A stretch of 63,049 nucleotides of DNA, filler included, from 8 parts of 8 records of this genome joined end to end with filler, not necessarily neighbours in it, one strand, 5' to 3'. Numbered from the whole stretch's first letter, positions 40,067-54,332 are shown. Notes: generated by a model not told the origin, from the sequence alone. Numbers and translations are program-made.

Positions 40067-40723
40067 ATGGGAAAGTTTGTAGACATACATACTCATAAAT
40101 CAAAATCGGCTCATCCCGAATTGATGAATCATCCAGTTCAGGATCAATGGAAACCCGAAAAAGATAAATTATACTCCATTGGATTACACCCTTGGCATAT
40201 TGACAAGTTTGATATAAATGACTTGATTGAAATACTGGCAATACTTGTGAATCAAGCCAATGTATTAGCAATTGGCGAATGTGGCTTGGATCGTTCAATT
40301 AATATTCCAATTGAAAAACAAGAAGAAGCTTTTATCAAACAAATTGAAGTTGCAGAAGCAATTCACAAACCCTTAATCATTCATTCCGTTCGTAGCTATT
40401 CTGATTTAATTCGGATTAAAAAATCACGAAAATCAGACATTCCCTGGATTTTGCATGCATACAATGGGAATAGACAAATAACTGAACAGCTTCTGGCTCA
40501 TCAGTTTTATTTCTCCTTTGGTGCAGCCCTTCTAAGAAACAATGCGAAACTAATTAACTCCCTTCAATTGATACCACTCAATAAATTGTTTTTTGAAACC
40601 GATGAAAGTTCTGTACAAATTGAAACTATTTATATTTTTGCAGCCAAACAGCTTCAGCTTTCTTTCGATGAATTAAAAGCTGGCATTTATAAAAATTTCA
40701 AATTGGTTTTTAGTCATGGATAA
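40067..40723 (+). CDS. tatD: TatD-family hydrolase
   Basis: DIHTH, GLHPW, AIGECGLD, IIH, ETD. Confidence 0.92.
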   Translation: MGKFVDIHTHKSKSAHPELMNHPVQDQWKPEKDKLYSIGLHPWHIDKFDINDLIEILAILVNQANVLAIGECGLDRSINIPIEKQEEAFIKQIEVAEAIHKPLIIHSVRSYSDLIRIKKSRKSDIPWILHAYNGNRQITEQLLAHQFYFSFGAALLRNNAKLINSLQLIPLNKLFFETDESSVQIETIYIFAAKQLQLSFDELKAGIYKNFKLVFSHG

Positions 40724-41435
40724 CTGGCAGGAACGAACAGCATTAATGCTGGGCAAAGAAGGATTGGAAATATTAAAGCAATCGCATATTTTAGTAATTG
40801 GACTTGGGGGTGTTGGGGCTTATGCAGCCGAGCAACTTTGCAGAGCAGGCATAGGAAAAATGACCTTAGTTGATGCAGATGTAGTAGAAGCGACAAACAG
40901 AAACAGACAACTTCCAGCACTTATAAGCAATGAAGGAAAACCAAAAGCAGAAGTCCTTGCCGAACGGTTTAGAGATATCAATCCGGAAATTGAATTAACA
41001 ATTGTCAATGAGTATCTTAAAGATGAGCCCATGCATGAGATTGTTCATGCGGCTAAATACGACTATGTGGTTGATGCCATTGACACCTTAGCTCCTAAAG
41101 TTTTCTTACTTTACCATGCCATTCAGGCAAAATTACCAATTGTAAGCTCAATGGGCGCAGGTGGTAAATCAGATCCTTCACTTGTTCAAATTGCAGACAT
41201 TTCGAAAAGTTACAACTGCAAATTAGCACGGGTTATTCGAAAAAACCTACATAAACTTGGCGTAAGAAAAGGGATCCAGGTGGTTTTTTCTCCTGAAGAT
41301 GTTGACCCTAAAACGGTAAGAGAAGAAGAATCACAAAATAAAAAATCGACTGTAGGAACCATATCATATATGCCCCCACTGTTTGGTTGCTTTTGTTCGT
41401 CGGTAGTTATCCGCAACTTACAGAAAAAGAAGTAA
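40716..41435 (+). CDS. tcdA: tRNA threonylcarbamoyladenosine dehydratase (ThiF family)
   Basis: GLGGVG, TNRNRQ, VVDAID, SSMGAG, GTISYMP. Confidence 0.92.
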   Translation: MDNWQERTALMLGKEGLEILKQSHILVIGLGGVGAYAAEQLCRAGIGKMTLVDADVVEATNRNRQLPALISNEGKPKAEVLAERFRDINPEIELTIVNEYLKDEPMHEIVHAAKYDYVVDAIDTLAPKVFLLYHAIQAKLPIVSSMGAGGKSDPSLVQIADISKSYNCKLARVIRKNLHKLGVRKGIQVVFSPEDVDPKTVREEESQNKKSTVGTISYMPPLFGCFCSSVVIRNLQKKK

Positions 41436-41493
41436 GTCTGGCACGAGATTTGGTAAATTTGTTTTCGAAAATGAAAACAGAAAAAATAGAACA

Positions 41494-42225
41494 ATGAAAC
41501 ACAAATTTACCTTTTTCGGACTTATCTTTGTTACAATCATTCTATTTCAATCGTGTTCAGGTCCGCAAAATATTATTAAGCTTCAACCAGAAGAGGAAGG
41601 TGGCAAATGGCTATACGGTCAAAACTTCGTTTCCGATTCACTGTACGGCGTTATTTATGAAGTTGGGTTCGATAAATTTCAGGACAACCAGTACTGGTTT
41701 GATTTTAACATCATCAACCGTTCGAACATGCCTGTATTAATTGATCCGGCGAATTTTAAATGCCAGACTTATAATGCCGAGCAAGAGCCATTATCATCAA
41801 TACAATTAGAAGCCATAGATCCTGAAGAAGAAATATTTGAATTGGAAAAAGATCTATCTAAAAACAAAGCCCGCCAGAAAAACAGTATCGGACTAAGTTT
41901 AGTAGCTGCAGGAATCGATATTGCAACAGAAATTGCGACTGCAACTGATGATAACCCAAACAATGACCATTTTCGATCTCATGCTTTTGAAGGTGTTTTA
42001 ATTGACAATGCAGAAACCAAATTTGAAGCAGAAAGCATCAGTGATTTATTACACACATGGAAAAGCTCTACAATTCGCAAAACGACACTAGACACGAACT
42101 ACTCCATGCAAGGAAAAGTATTCTTCCCTGCAAACCCGGAGGCAGCCTATTTCAAATTATTCCTACCAGTTGATGATGAGTTTATAGAATTTAGTTTTTC
42201 ACAGGTACAGTTTCCAGTAAAATAA
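41494..42225 (+). CDS. Hypothetical lipoprotein
   Basis: Lipobox FQSC. Confidence 0.7.
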   Translation: MKHKFTFFGLIFVTIILFQSCSGPQNIIKLQPEEEGGKWLYGQNFVSDSLYGVIYEVGFDKFQDNQYWFDFNIINRSNMPVLIDPANFKCQTYNAEQEPLSSIQLEAIDPEEEIFELEKDLSKNKARQKNSIGLSLVAAGIDIATEIATATDDNPNNDHFRSHAFEGVLIDNAETKFEAESISDLLHTWKSSTIRKTTLDTNYSMQGKVFFPANPEAAYFKLFLPVDDEFIEFSFSQVQFPVK

Positions 42226-42476
42226 CTAAAGGAGGATTCTTTAATTATTGAATATTTAGATTATTGAGTTGATTAGTTTAACCCCATACTTGAAAAGAAT
42301 GTCATCCCGGATGGAATAAGATGGAACTCCGAGATCTCAATCTTGTTTTTGAACATTCGTCACAATTATTATTGATTAGCAAACAATTACCCTTTCAAAC
42401 CTGAGATTCGTAACTAGAAACACACTACTCGTTCTTAACTTTCAGCTAACATTATTTAAACTTTTTCTAAATAGGT

Positions 42477-42506
42477 TTTGTTTCTTCATAAAAATAACTA
42501 GGTTTG
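42477..42506 (+). promoter_or_regulatory. Bacteroidota primary-sigma promoter
   Basis: TTTG (42477-42480), 18-nt spacer, TAGGTTTG (TAnnTTTG, 42499-42506). Confidence 0.65.
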
Positions 42507-42527
42507 CAATCACATAAACGGCATAAT

Positions 42528-42623
42528 ATGACCAATTTTTATTCATATCAACACACTTTTGCAGCTCAACTCATGATCCGTGTTGTATATGTTATGCTTT
42601 CCAAGTCTATGTTTATGCGATAG
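42528..42623 (+). CDS. Putative Met-rich leader peptide (31 aa)
   Basis: MTNFYSYQHTFAAQLMIRVVYVMLSKSMFMR*. It lies between the promoter and methionine-biosynthesis genes, and a hairpin starts in its stop codon. Confidence 0.65.
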   Translation: MTNFYSYQHTFAAQLMIRVVYVMLSKSMFMR

Positions 42624-42709
42624 CCTTCTTTCAGTATTTTTTGATTGATTGAAGGCACCCAAATTTCCCTGAGTATATTTTCTCGTTTTTCAAATTTAAC
42701 TATTTTATC

Positions 42710-45373
<2,664 letters not shown>

Positions 45374-45401
45374 ACTATAACTTCCCGGGTGTATCTTTGC
45401 A

Positions 45402-45501
45402 NNNNNNNNNNNNNNNNNNNNNNNNNNNNNNNNNNNNNNNNNNNNTTAATTAATTAANNNNNNNNNNNNNNNNNNNNNNNNNNNNNNNNNNNNNNNNNNN
45501 N
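45402..45501. other. Artificial contig spacer
   Basis: N44-TTAATTAATTAA-N44. Confidence 0.99.
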
Positions 45502-47585
45502 ATTTGAAGCTGACCGGAAACTTCAGCTGTTTCAACAAATTCTGCAATCAACTGAAACCTTCTCAGTGAGGAGATGGAGACTAAGAACTCAAACAGTGGA
45601 CCTATGGCAGAGTCCAGTTTCAACTGTCGGACAAAGCAGCCATCGACTTTGACATAATCAAAAGGCAAATTGAGTAAGTTATTAACCGAGGAATAGCCAA
45701 TTCCAAAGTCATCCAGAGCAACTCGACAACCCAGCGCCTGCAAGCGCTCAATATCCTTATGGATTCTTGCTATGTTTTCTAAAGCTGCGCTCTCTGTGAT
45801 CTCTACGATCAAGTTCTGAGCACAGCCACTAAACTCAATTCGTTGTAAAATCGCTTCTGTGATTTGTGGATCTGAGATGGAAACGCCAGAAATGTTAACG
45901 GCTAGCCTGACATTTCGACCTTCTCGGCGACACTGCATCAGGTAGTTTAAGACTTGATTAAGTACCCACTTATCCAAAACGCCCACATCTCTGTGCCTTT
46001 CCGCAGCTTGAATCAGAGGAAAAGCTGACACATAGTTACCTTGCTCGTCCAAAACCCGAAGCAGAATTTCTGAATGGGACAATATACCTGTCTTCATATC
46101 AACAATCGGTTGACAGGCCAGCGCTAAACGTCGATCTCGAATGGCAGAGTGAACCCTGGAATACATAAACCTTTGTTTGAGCAAATGCCCTTCTAATTCA
46201 GGATCCTTTAACGAAGCGTAACGCCCCTTACCTTGTTTTTTCGAGTAGCTTAGTGCTACATCGGCTCGGGTCATCAGGGTATCAAAGTCCTTTCCGTGCT
46301 CGGGAGCAACGACAATGCCTATGCTAAAACTTAGTCGATGAAGCATGCAACGGCCGGACAGCATCACATGATGACTTGCCTCGAGTATACGTTGTGCTAA
46401 TGACTCCCCTTCACTAAGCTCGCTGACACGTACTGCCACCGCAAACTCATCTCCCGATAGGCGCCCTAGCAGATCAGACGTCTGAAGTTGACGCTTTAAC
46501 AACCGCGCCACTTTAAGGAGCATCTCATTCCCAACCTGTTGGCCACTGGAATCATTTACCTCTTTGAAATCATCAATATTAATGAGTAAGAAAGCGACTT
46601 GATACTCTTGCGCTAACCACAGTTCTAACTGATTTTTGAAGTGTTGTCGGCTCGCCAGCTCAGTTAAGCTGTCGTGCTGCTTTAGCCAATTGTGGTCGTC
46701 TTGCGCTTTTGAAAGTATGGCTCTGGAGGACTCTTCCCTTAGCCCGAGCATGGCGAATCGCCTCAATAATGAGCGAGCAGAGGGCACTGTGACGCCCGAA
46801 GCGACTCCGAGTAGTTGATGCACTTTATCGGATTTCCCCTGCAAAATATGTTCTGCTGCATCACTCAGCACCTTATGAAAATAACTCGACTTTCGTTGCT
46901 GCAACCAATACAGGGCAAGCGCTAGTAGCTGTAAAAGCAAGGCCCCTCCCCACAGTCCCATTGCCGCAGTATTCTGGCCTAAATTCAAAGGATTGCTTTT
47001 AACCGATGCCGAAATCACCAAAGGTAAACCGGGTAACAGTGGCGCCTCTGAAAAAACAACTTGCCACTGCCCTTTATTCAGACTTGATTGCAGGCCTTCA
47101 TGTATTGGGACAATTGAATAATCTACAGCCAGGTCTTCATGTGCTAACAGTTGCGCATAGTGTTCCAACCGCTCATCCAGATCGACCATGGCGATAACTT
47201 GTTGATGTAATTTGTGTGAAGTTAAAACTAAGTGACAGTCCGGCAGGCAAAGCCAATTCGACGGCCCCAACTGTTGCGGGTAACGGTGCAGTAGGGGAAT
47301 GTAGCCTGCATAAGGTTTTATCCCATTGGGGCTTCTAACGGCCATCCCTAGAACAGCCATAGGTCCTAGAGTTGTTAGCTCTTCGAGCTGATAAACTTCT
47401 CTGGTCGCTATCTCTAATTGAGTTTGAGCCAAGCGAATATCTTTGCGGAGAAGATCACTTAATAAGTTTAGCTTTAAACGCCCTTGCTCGTGTTGCGAAG
47501 CATCCGTTTGCCAACCAGGTTGAGAAAAGAACAGACCGCAACCAATCACCAAGGTACAAACCAACCACAAAAATCCTAATTTCAC
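45502..47585 (-). CDS. Membrane-bound GGDEF-EAL protein, 3'-truncated
   Basis: Two TM segments, HD.LT.L, RLSGDEF, EILLR, EITES, DDFGIGYSS; likely GTG start after GAGGA. Confidence 0.9.
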
Positions 47586-47758
47586 TTTGAATCCTCGCAA
47601 CAAATCCTTTGCAGACTCAGGGTGCTGAGCCTATGCGGGACTGCCCCTTCCTTAGAAACCAAATACCAAACGATAAGAGGCTTGCTCAGACTGGGACTCC
47701 AACAAAAAGTGTAGACCTCAGACCTCAACTCGGCAAACAATAGGAAGATGAATAAAGC

Positions 47759-47789
47759 TTGCCCAGTAGAGCCACGACTCACTGGGCAA
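47759..47789 (-). terminator. Stem-loop downstream of the MCP gene
   Basis: ttgcccagt...actgggcaa. Confidence 0.5.
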
Positions 47790-47810
47790 TAGCCGGAAAA
47801 GCAAGTAAAT

Positions 47811-49430
47811 TTATACTTTGAACTGGTTTGTAATCTGGATCAGCTTACTGGTCACATCCCGAATTGCCTGACTGACATCATCTAGTTCAGCAGTGCTGGT
47901 AATGGCTTCGCTCGCCATACCCTGAATCTCATTCACATAGCCTTGTATCAACTCAGATGTTTTATGCTGCTCTTCTGTCGCAGATGCAATTTGATCGTTA
48001 ACCACTGTAATAGCTGCAACTTTTTCAGTGATGTGTTGAAGTGATTCACCCGCTGTGGACGATTGCTCCACACTGCGTTGAGCGGTCGAGTTGCCTCTAT
48101 CCATGGCTTCTACCGCAGATTTCGCCGTTGTCTGGAGTTCTTCCAGAACGTGCTGGATCTCCTGTGTGGAATCCTGTGTTCTAGAAGCCAAGGTTCGAAC
48201 CTCATCGGCTACAACAGCAAATCCTCTGCCCTGCTCTCCGGCCCTGGCTGCCTCAATAGCTGCATTGAGGGCCAATAAGTTGGTCTGCTCAGCAATTCCC
48301 CTAATAGCCTCTAAAATTGAGCCTACATTGTTGGTATAGCTCTCCAGCTGGGTAATGACTTTCGCTGTTTCATCTACTTCTTCCGCCAGATCATTGATCG
48401 ATTGGATGGTCGCTAGCACCACTTGGCTCCCCGACTGGGCATCTTTGTCGGCCTGAGCCGCTGCCTCTGAAGCATCGGAAGCATGCTCAGCGATGTGCTT
48501 AACCGAGCTAAACATTTCATGCAATGCCTGTGTGGTTTGCTCGATAGCTTTACCCTGTGAAGTGATTTGGGAATTGGTCGAAGTACTGGCTACATGTAAA
48601 TGCTCCGCAACCTTGCTGAGCTCATCAATAGTCGACAAAGCATTGCTCATGCTCCGCTGCATCTTGTCTAAAAACAGGTTAAAAAAGTGCACTAAATCAG
48701 CTAATTCATCTCGGCCCTCATGTTGAACCCGGACCGTTAAGTCGCCATCCCCTTCCGCCACGGCTTTTAACGAATCTGTGACTTGCGAAAGGTTGCTACG
48801 AATTTTGGCACTGATCAACAGAGTAAAAGCGATAATTGCAGCCAGCACAATAGCTCCTGTGATCAACATGCTGGTGAGCGTAGTTGCACCATCATCTCGG
48901 ACCTGGCTGACTAAAGAATCAAACTCATCTTTTGCCCCCGTTTGGAACTTCTGTAGGTCTGAGTGGAGTTGTTCAAGCTGTTTGGCAATAGAGGCTGCTT
49001 TAGCCCCCAAAGTGGAAAAATCAGCACTTCCATCAATCATTGATAGGGCTAAAGTTTTTGAAGCCTGATAGTAAGATTGAGCTTTTAGCTCAATACTCTC
49101 TATCACTTGAATGTCATCAGGCACCAATCGCTTTTGAGATTGTAACGAGCTGAGCAAACCTTTCAGCTGCTCTTCTGTTTTAGCTAACGCATCCGTGTCA
49201 CCTATAGTCACGGCAGTATTCAGTCCTTCCTCAATGCGCTCGAGTTGCACGTTGTTGAAGGAGGCTCGTTCCAGCACCGGATAGTAAACTTTTTGAATCT
49301 TCTCTATATTCTGATTGGACTGATCAATCGACCAAGCTCCCATCGCCACTAAGCTGGCCAAGCCAATCAAAGCCACCAAGCTGATCAGCATTATTTTTTG
49401 TCGTATGGACAGAAAGTTCAAAAAGGACAT
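47811..49430 (-). CDS. Methyl-accepting chemotaxis protein
   Basis: Two TM segments, [38 protein letters not shown]. Confidence 0.96.
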   Translation of the reverse strand: MSFLNFLSIRQKIMLISLVALIGLASLVAMGAWSIDQSNQNIEKIQKVYYPVLERASFNNVQLERIEEGLNTAVTIGDTDALAKTEEQLKGLLSSLQSQKRLVPDDIQVIESIELKAQSYYQASKTLALSMIDGSADFSTLGAKAASIAKQLEQLHSDLQKFQTGAKDEFDSLVSQVRDDGATTLTSMLITGAIVLAAIIAFTLLISAKIRSNLSQVTDSLKAVAEGDGDLTVRVQHEGRDELADLVHFFNLFLDKMQRSMSNALSTIDELSKVAEHLHVASTSTNSQITSQGKAIEQTTQALHEMFSSVKHIAEHASDASEAAAQADKDAQSGSQVVLATIQSINDLAEEVDETAKVITQLESYTNNVGSILEAIRGIAEQTNLLALNAAIEAARAGEQGRGFAVVADEVRTLASRTQDSTQEIQHVLEELQTTAKSAVEAMDRGNSTAQRSVEQSSTAGESLQHITEKVAAITVVNDQIASATEEQHKTSELIQGYVNEIQGMASEAITSTAELDDVSQAIRDVTSKLIQITNQFKV

Positions 49431-49674
49431 AGGAAACACCAGTGTTTTTATCTTTATGCTGTGCGGTTTCTCTTGCGGTAAGCTCAAGCTAAGCTTACTG
49501 CGCTATTTTATTCCACTAACAAAAGAGCTTAGTACAGTTTCAACAGTGCGCGTTTTAATGAGTAGCTTTTAGTACAAAAATCAGCTCTATACCTCATTTA
49601 CACCCGAGATTAAAATCAGCCATCTACACCACTGAGGCTCTTGCTCTAGTCATATGCCTCTCGGCCATAACAAA

Positions 49675-49708
49675 AAAAAGCCGATACCTAATCAGGTATC
49701 GGCTTTTT
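49675..49708 (-). terminator. rpoS terminator
   Basis: aaaaagccgatacct-aatc-aggtatcggcttttt; U-run on the minus strand. Confidence 0.85.
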
Positions 49709-49739
49709 AAGGATAAAAGTTAAACTAAATATTCAGGAA

Positions 49740-50711
49740 TTAGGCTTTAAAAAGCGATTCAACAGAGAGACCGTTTTTGCTCACCACATCACGCAAACGT
49801 TTTAAGGCTTCAACCTGAATCTGACGAACCCTCTCTCGAGTCAGCCCGATTTCAGCGCCCACATCTTCCAACGTAGAAGGTTCATATCCCAATAAGCCAA
49901 AGCGGCGGGCCAAAACTTCACGCTGCTTAGGGTTAAGCCCTTCAAGCCAGCGCACTATGTTTTGCTTCATGTCGTCATCTTGCAAACACTCTTCAGGACC
50001 CGATTCATTTTCATCAGCAATCACATCCAGAAGCGCTTTATCATTGCCACCTCCAATTGGAGTGTCCACTGAGCTGATCTTTTCGTTCAGGCGCAACATA
50101 CGGCTTACGTCTTCAACCGGCTTATCTAGCTTGGCAGCAATCTCTTCAGCGGTTGGCTCATGATCCAAACTTTGTGCTAATTCGCGAGCAGTTCTGAGGT
50201 AGACATTGAGCTCTTTAACCACATGGATAGGAAGTCGAATGGTGCGGGTCTGATTCATGATCGCCCGCTCAATCGTCTGTCGAATCCACCAGGTCGCATA
50301 GGTTGAAAAGCGGAAGCCCCGCTCAGGATCAAATTTTTCTACTGCGCGAATTAATCCTAAGTTCCCCTCTTCAATCAGATCGAGAAGGTTCAAACCACGA
50401 TTGTTATAGCGACGGGCAATCTTCACCACCAAACGGAGGTTGCTTTCAATCATTCGCTTGCGGGCTTTTTCATCACCTTTTAAGGCTCGCCGCGCAAAAA
50501 AGACCTCTTCTTGAGCGGTCAACAGCGGAGAGAAGCCTATTTCGCTCAAGTAGAGCTGGGTGGCGTCAAGGTTTTTTTGCAAGTCCTGTTGAGTCACTTC
50601 CTCACTCAATAGTGAGTTGCGCTCATTCTTATTCGAGGCTGTTACTTCTTCGACAAAATCAACAGATTCCAGTTCTTTATCCGCAACAGTAATTTGGCTT
50701 TCTTGTGTCAT
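49740..50711 (-). CDS. rpoS: RNA polymerase sigma factor RpoS
   Basis: [43 protein letters not shown]; lies downstream of nlpD. Confidence 0.97.
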   Translation of the reverse strand: MTQESQITVADKELESVDFVEEVTASNKNERNSLLSEEVTQQDLQKNLDATQLYLSEIGFSPLLTAQEEVFFARRALKGDEKARKRMIESNLRLVVKIARRYNNRGLNLLDLIEEGNLGLIRAVEKFDPERGFRFSTYATWWIRQTIERAIMNQTRTIRLPIHVVKELNVYLRTARELAQSLDHEPTAEEIAAKLDKPVEDVSRMLRLNEKISSVDTPIGGGNDKALLDVIADENESGPEECLQDDDMKQNIVRWLEGLNPKQREVLARRFGLLGYEPSTLEDVGAEIGLTRERVRQIQVEALKRLRDVVSKNGLSVESLFKA

Positions 50712-50786
50712 AATTAATCTCCGGTACAGAGAGTCCCTTTTGCTTTCATCACACTACCTTGTGCTCCACGGCATTTTATTATTATG

Positions 50787-51629
50787 TCAACGTGGTAAGT
50801 ACCTGAGCGGGTCAACGGGACGACCCTTCAAGCGAATTTCGAAACGTAGTTTAACGCTGTCCGTTCCTGTACTACCCATGTTGGCTATGTGCTGACCGGC
50901 TTTCACCCATTGTCCTTCCTTTACCCGAAGGCGACTGTTATGGGCATAAGCGCTAAGGAATTGGTCAGAGTGCTTGATGATGATGAGCTCACCATAACCT
51001 CGCAACCCTGAGCCGGCATAAACAACTTTGCCATCCCCAGCCGCCGTCACAGATTGACCAAACTTCCCTTGTATATCAATGCCTTTAGACCCTGTCTGAG
51101 AAGCCGAAAAACGACTAATCAAACGTCCTTTTGTGGGCCATTGCCATTGTACTTCTACTCTTTTAGGAGTTGGTTTGGTCAGTGAAACGGAGTCTTCTTG
51201 ACCAGCTTGGGAACGACGATATCCCTGGCTAGTTTTCGAGTCAACGACATTTTTATGACCCTTGTCAACCTTTTTATCTTGGCGAGTCGAACTATTGACA
51301 GAGGTTGGACCAGTCTCTCGTTGACTTATTTTTTTCTTCTCTCGATCTCTGATTTTGAGAGCTTGACCTCGGTAAATCAGGTAAGGAGGTTTAATCTTGT
51401 TCAGATCAGCTAGGTCTTTGAAGTCTGTCCCGGTTAACCAAGCAATCGAATACAATGTATCTCCGGGTTGGACGGTGTAACGATCCGATTGAACCGAAGC
51501 TTTCGAATAAGACGAGTAGTCATTTTGTGCACTACGAACTGGGGCTGGGCCACTCGAGATTTGACTACAAGCGAATAAGCTCAAAACGCCAATGGCTAAG
51601 CCAACCTCCTTATGGCCTTTTCCGCTCAT
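50787..51629 (-). CDS. nlpD: LysM/M23 lipoprotein NlpD
   Basis: Lipobox LFAC, LysM (YTVQPGDTLYSIA), M23 (W.WP, KGIDI, SAYAHN); conserved synteny. Confidence 0.92.
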   Translation of the reverse strand: MSGKGHKEVGLAIGVLSLFACSQISSGPAPVRSAQNDYSSYSKASVQSDRYTVQPGDTLYSIAWLTGTDFKDLADLNKIKPPYLIYRGQALKIRDREKKKISQRETGPTSVNSSTRQDKKVDKGHKNVVDSKTSQGYRRSQAGQEDSVSLTKPTPKRVEVQWQWPTKGRLISRFSASQTGSKGIDIQGKFGQSVTAAGDGKVVYAGSGLRGYGELIIIKHSDQFLSAYAHNSRLRVKEGQWVKAGQHIANMGSTGTDSVKLRFEIRLKGRPVDPLRYLPR

Positions 51630-51640
51630 GCAACAAGCCC

Positions 51641-52225
51641 TTAACCATGCCTCAAAACGGCATAAGCGATTACAGCCAAGGCAACAACGCCCCAACCTAG
51701 CCACTCCACATAGTGTCGCAGCTTAGCCTCCATCGCTTTCCCACCCCAGACCATCAACCCGGCGACAAGAAAAAAGCGCATTCCCCGACCTATAGCAGAT
51801 GCCAACAGAAAGGGCCAGAATGCCATCTGTAGCAAGCCCGCTCCCACGGTAAAGACTTTATAGGGGATAGGCGAAAAGCCTGCGATAAAAACCACCCAGA
51901 CACCATAGTGCTCAAACCACTCAATCACATGAGCGAATTTAGCCTGATAGCCCATTTTTTCAATTAGAGGAGCCACCCAAGGCTCAAACATCAGTGCCCC
52001 TAGCCAATAACCAAGTACACCGCCTACCACAGAAGCTAACGTGGTGATCAAAGCAAAGCGCCAAGCTTTATCTAGCTTAGCAAGCGCCATTGGCGCCAAC
52101 ATAACATCTGGTGGAACAGGGAAAAAGACAGATTCACTAAAACTGAGGGCCGCAAGATAACCAGGTGCATGGCGATGTTGGACCTTGGTCATCACCCAGT
52201 CATACATCCTTGTAAATAACTTCAC
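51641..52225 (-). CDS. yqaA: DedA-family membrane protein YqaA
   Basis: [22 protein letters not shown]; located between pcm and nlpD. Confidence 0.9.
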   Translation of the reverse strand: MKLFTRMYDWVMTKVQHRHAPGYLAALSFSESVFFPVPPDVMLAPMALAKLDKAWRFALITTLASVVGGVLGYWLGALMFEPWVAPLIEKMGYQAKFAHVIEWFEHYGVWVVFIAGFSPIPYKVFTVGAGLLQMAFWPFLLASAIGRGMRFFLVAGLMVWGGKAMEAKLRHYVEWLGWGVVALAVIAYAVLRHG

Positions 52226-52608
52226 GCTAAATCTCCAGGAACCAGAGGTACAAATCGCACTGGCTCAATTTTCTGTTCTTTAAATCCATCTGAGGTTCGC
52301 TCAATCAGCCAAAGATCTTGCTGATCCTGCCCCACAGGGATCACCATACACCCATTTTCAGAGAGCTGGCTAAGCAGTGCAGTGGGTACTTCAGCAGCTG
52401 CTGCTGTCACTATAATGCCATCGAATGGGCCTTTGCTTTCCCAGCCTTGCCAACCGTCACCATGACGCATTGCCACACCGTGAAGATCCAGTGCACTCAG
52501 TCGCCTTCTAGCCTGCCATTGCAAGGAGGAGATGCGTTCTACACTGTAAATTTTTGCCCCCATTAAGGCCAGTACTGCGGTCTGATACCCAGAGCCAGTA
52601 CCAATCTC
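52222..52608 (-). CDS. pcm: Protein-L-isoaspartate O-methyltransferase, 5'-truncated
   Basis: [33 protein letters not shown]. Confidence 0.95.
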   Translation of the reverse strand, partial: EIGTGSGYQTAVLALMGAKIYSVERISSLQWQARRRLSALDLHGVAMRHGDGWQGWESKGPFDGIIVTAAAAEVPTALLSQLSENGCMVIPVGQDQQDLWLIERTSDGFKEQKIEPVRFVPLVPGDLA

Positions 52609-52708
52609 NNNNNNNNNNNNNNNNNNNNNNNNNNNNNNNNNNNNNNNNNNNNTTAATTAATTAANNNNNNNNNNNNNNNNNNNNNNNNNNNNNNNNNNNN
52701 NNNNNNNN
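52609..52708. other. Artificial contig spacer
   Basis: N44-TTAATTAATTAA-N44. Confidence 0.99.
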
Positions 52709-52770
52709 GAGGATGATTAAAATAATGCGAGTTCCATATTATACATTTGAAAATGAACAATTTTAATAAT

Positions 52771-54147
52771 ATGAAAAGACAAAACATTCAAATATTTTTG
52801 TTGGCCGGAATCTTAAGCTTGCTTTTTAGCTGCAAACAGAATTCAAAAGAATTTTCAATCCTCGATTTTGGGGCAGTTAACGACACGACAGTTTTAAGTA
52901 CCCAGGCCATTCAGCAAGCCATTGACAAATGTGCGGAAGAAGGAGGTAAAGTAGTTGTTCCGGCAGGGAAATACCAAACAGGGACTATTAACTTAAAAAG
53001 TAATGTTCAATTGCATTTGGCAGAAGGTGCTGAATTACTGGGAAGTACATCGCTTGATGATTATTCCAGGGAAAATACCGGTGCCATTGAAGCACCTGCG
53101 TTCGATGAAACCCTCTTGTTTGCCGAAGGTGCAAGCAACATTAAAATCACAGGAAAAGGAACGATTAACGGTCGTGGGTATCGAAAAAATTTTCCTGTAA
53201 AACTAGAAGACGGAAGCCTTGGAGACAGACCAATGCTGATTCGTTTTGTGGAATGTGAAAACGTAACGCTTGCTGATGTGACTCTAAAAAATAGTGCGTC
53301 GTGGTGCACACACATGGTGGATTGCGACAGTATTATTGCACGAAATGTAACCATCGACAGTCATGTAAACACTAATAACGATGGATTCGATTTGGATGGT
53401 TGTAAAGATATTTTACTTGAAAATTGTACCATTCATACAGGCGACGATGCTATATGCCCTAAAAGTACAACTACACGCCTAACCGAAAATATGGTGGTGC
53501 GAAACTGCCGCGCAACAAGCCATACTTCAGCATTTAAATGTGGCACTTCATCGCGTGGTGGCTTTCGGAACATTACGGTTAGCGATTGCGATTTTTCCGA
53601 TACGCGCATGGGGGCAATTAAGCTACTAATGGTTGATGGGGGAATTTTGGAAGACATAAGCATTTCGAACATAAAAATGAACAATGTGGAAGGCCCTTTA
53701 TTTGTTCGTCTGGGCAACCGAGGTAGGGAATACGACAAACCCACCGAGCAGGTTTATGAAAAGGAGGTTAAAAGTGAAGGGGCACCGGTTGGAACGGTTC
53801 GAAACATAAAAATCAGCAATATAAAAGCCGAAGTGGTGAGCGATATTCAAAAGCGTTGTGGAATAATGATTTCGGGAATACCCGGACACCCAATCGAAAA
53901 TGTGCTTTTGGAAAATATTGAAATTTCATACCCAGGTGGTGGAACCGAAGAAGAAGCTAAAATAGTGGTAGCAGAAGACGAAGCCCGTTATCCCGAACAG
54001 TTTTTCTTTGGAGTTTTGCCAAGTTGGGGAGCCTACGTTCGTCACGCCAGCAATGTTCAGTTTAAAAATGTAAAAATGACCACCCGCACACCCGATGCCC
54101 GCGAAAAAATAGTGCTGGTTAATGTGGATGGATTTGTGAATGAGTAG
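52771..54147 (+). CDS. Glycoside hydrolase family 28 lipoprotein
   Basis: Lipobox LFSC, DFGA..D, AIQQAID, LKSNV.LHL, NNDGFD, GDDAI. Confidence 0.88.
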   Translation: MKRQNIQIFLLAGILSLLFSCKQNSKEFSILDFGAVNDTTVLSTQAIQQAIDKCAEEGGKVVVPAGKYQTGTINLKSNVQLHLAEGAELLGSTSLDDYSRENTGAIEAPAFDETLLFAEGASNIKITGKGTINGRGYRKNFPVKLEDGSLGDRPMLIRFVECENVTLADVTLKNSASWCTHMVDCDSIIARNVTIDSHVNTNNDGFDLDGCKDILLENCTIHTGDDAICPKSTTTRLTENMVVRNCRATSHTSAFKCGTSSRGGFRNITVSDCDFSDTRMGAIKLLMVDGGILEDISISNIKMNNVEGPLFVRLGNRGREYDKPTEQVYEKEVKSEGAPVGTVRNIKISNIKAEVVSDIQKRCGIMISGIPGHPIENVLLENIEISYPGGGTEEEAKIVVAEDEARYPEQFFFGVLPSWGAYVRHASNVQFKNVKMTTRTPDAREKIVLVNVDGFVNE

Positions 54148-54332
54148 GTCTAAGGCTCAAAGTCCGATACGTATTAAATTTAATTATAGAATAATGAACT
54201 GGCAATTACTAAAACATTAGTGTCCAATGAAGCAATTCTAAAATGAAACATAATTACCGATAATGGAACAATAGTGTTAGAAATATGGCATACATCAGTA
54301 GTATTTTTGTTTGAAAACTAAACCAAATTTAT

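Noticed and set aside
42298-42340. REP-like tgtcatcccgga...ccgagatctc sequence
   Set aside because: A single degenerate copy with no associated transposase or nuclease; too weak to call.
47600-47760. c-di-GMP riboswitch upstream of the GGDEF-EAL gene
   Set aside because: Neither class I (GGCAAA...GAAA...GACGCAAA) nor class II consensus elements are visible.
49740-52608. pcm-yqaA-nlpD-rpoS cluster
   Set aside because: Standard conserved gammaproteobacterial synteny; nothing unusual.
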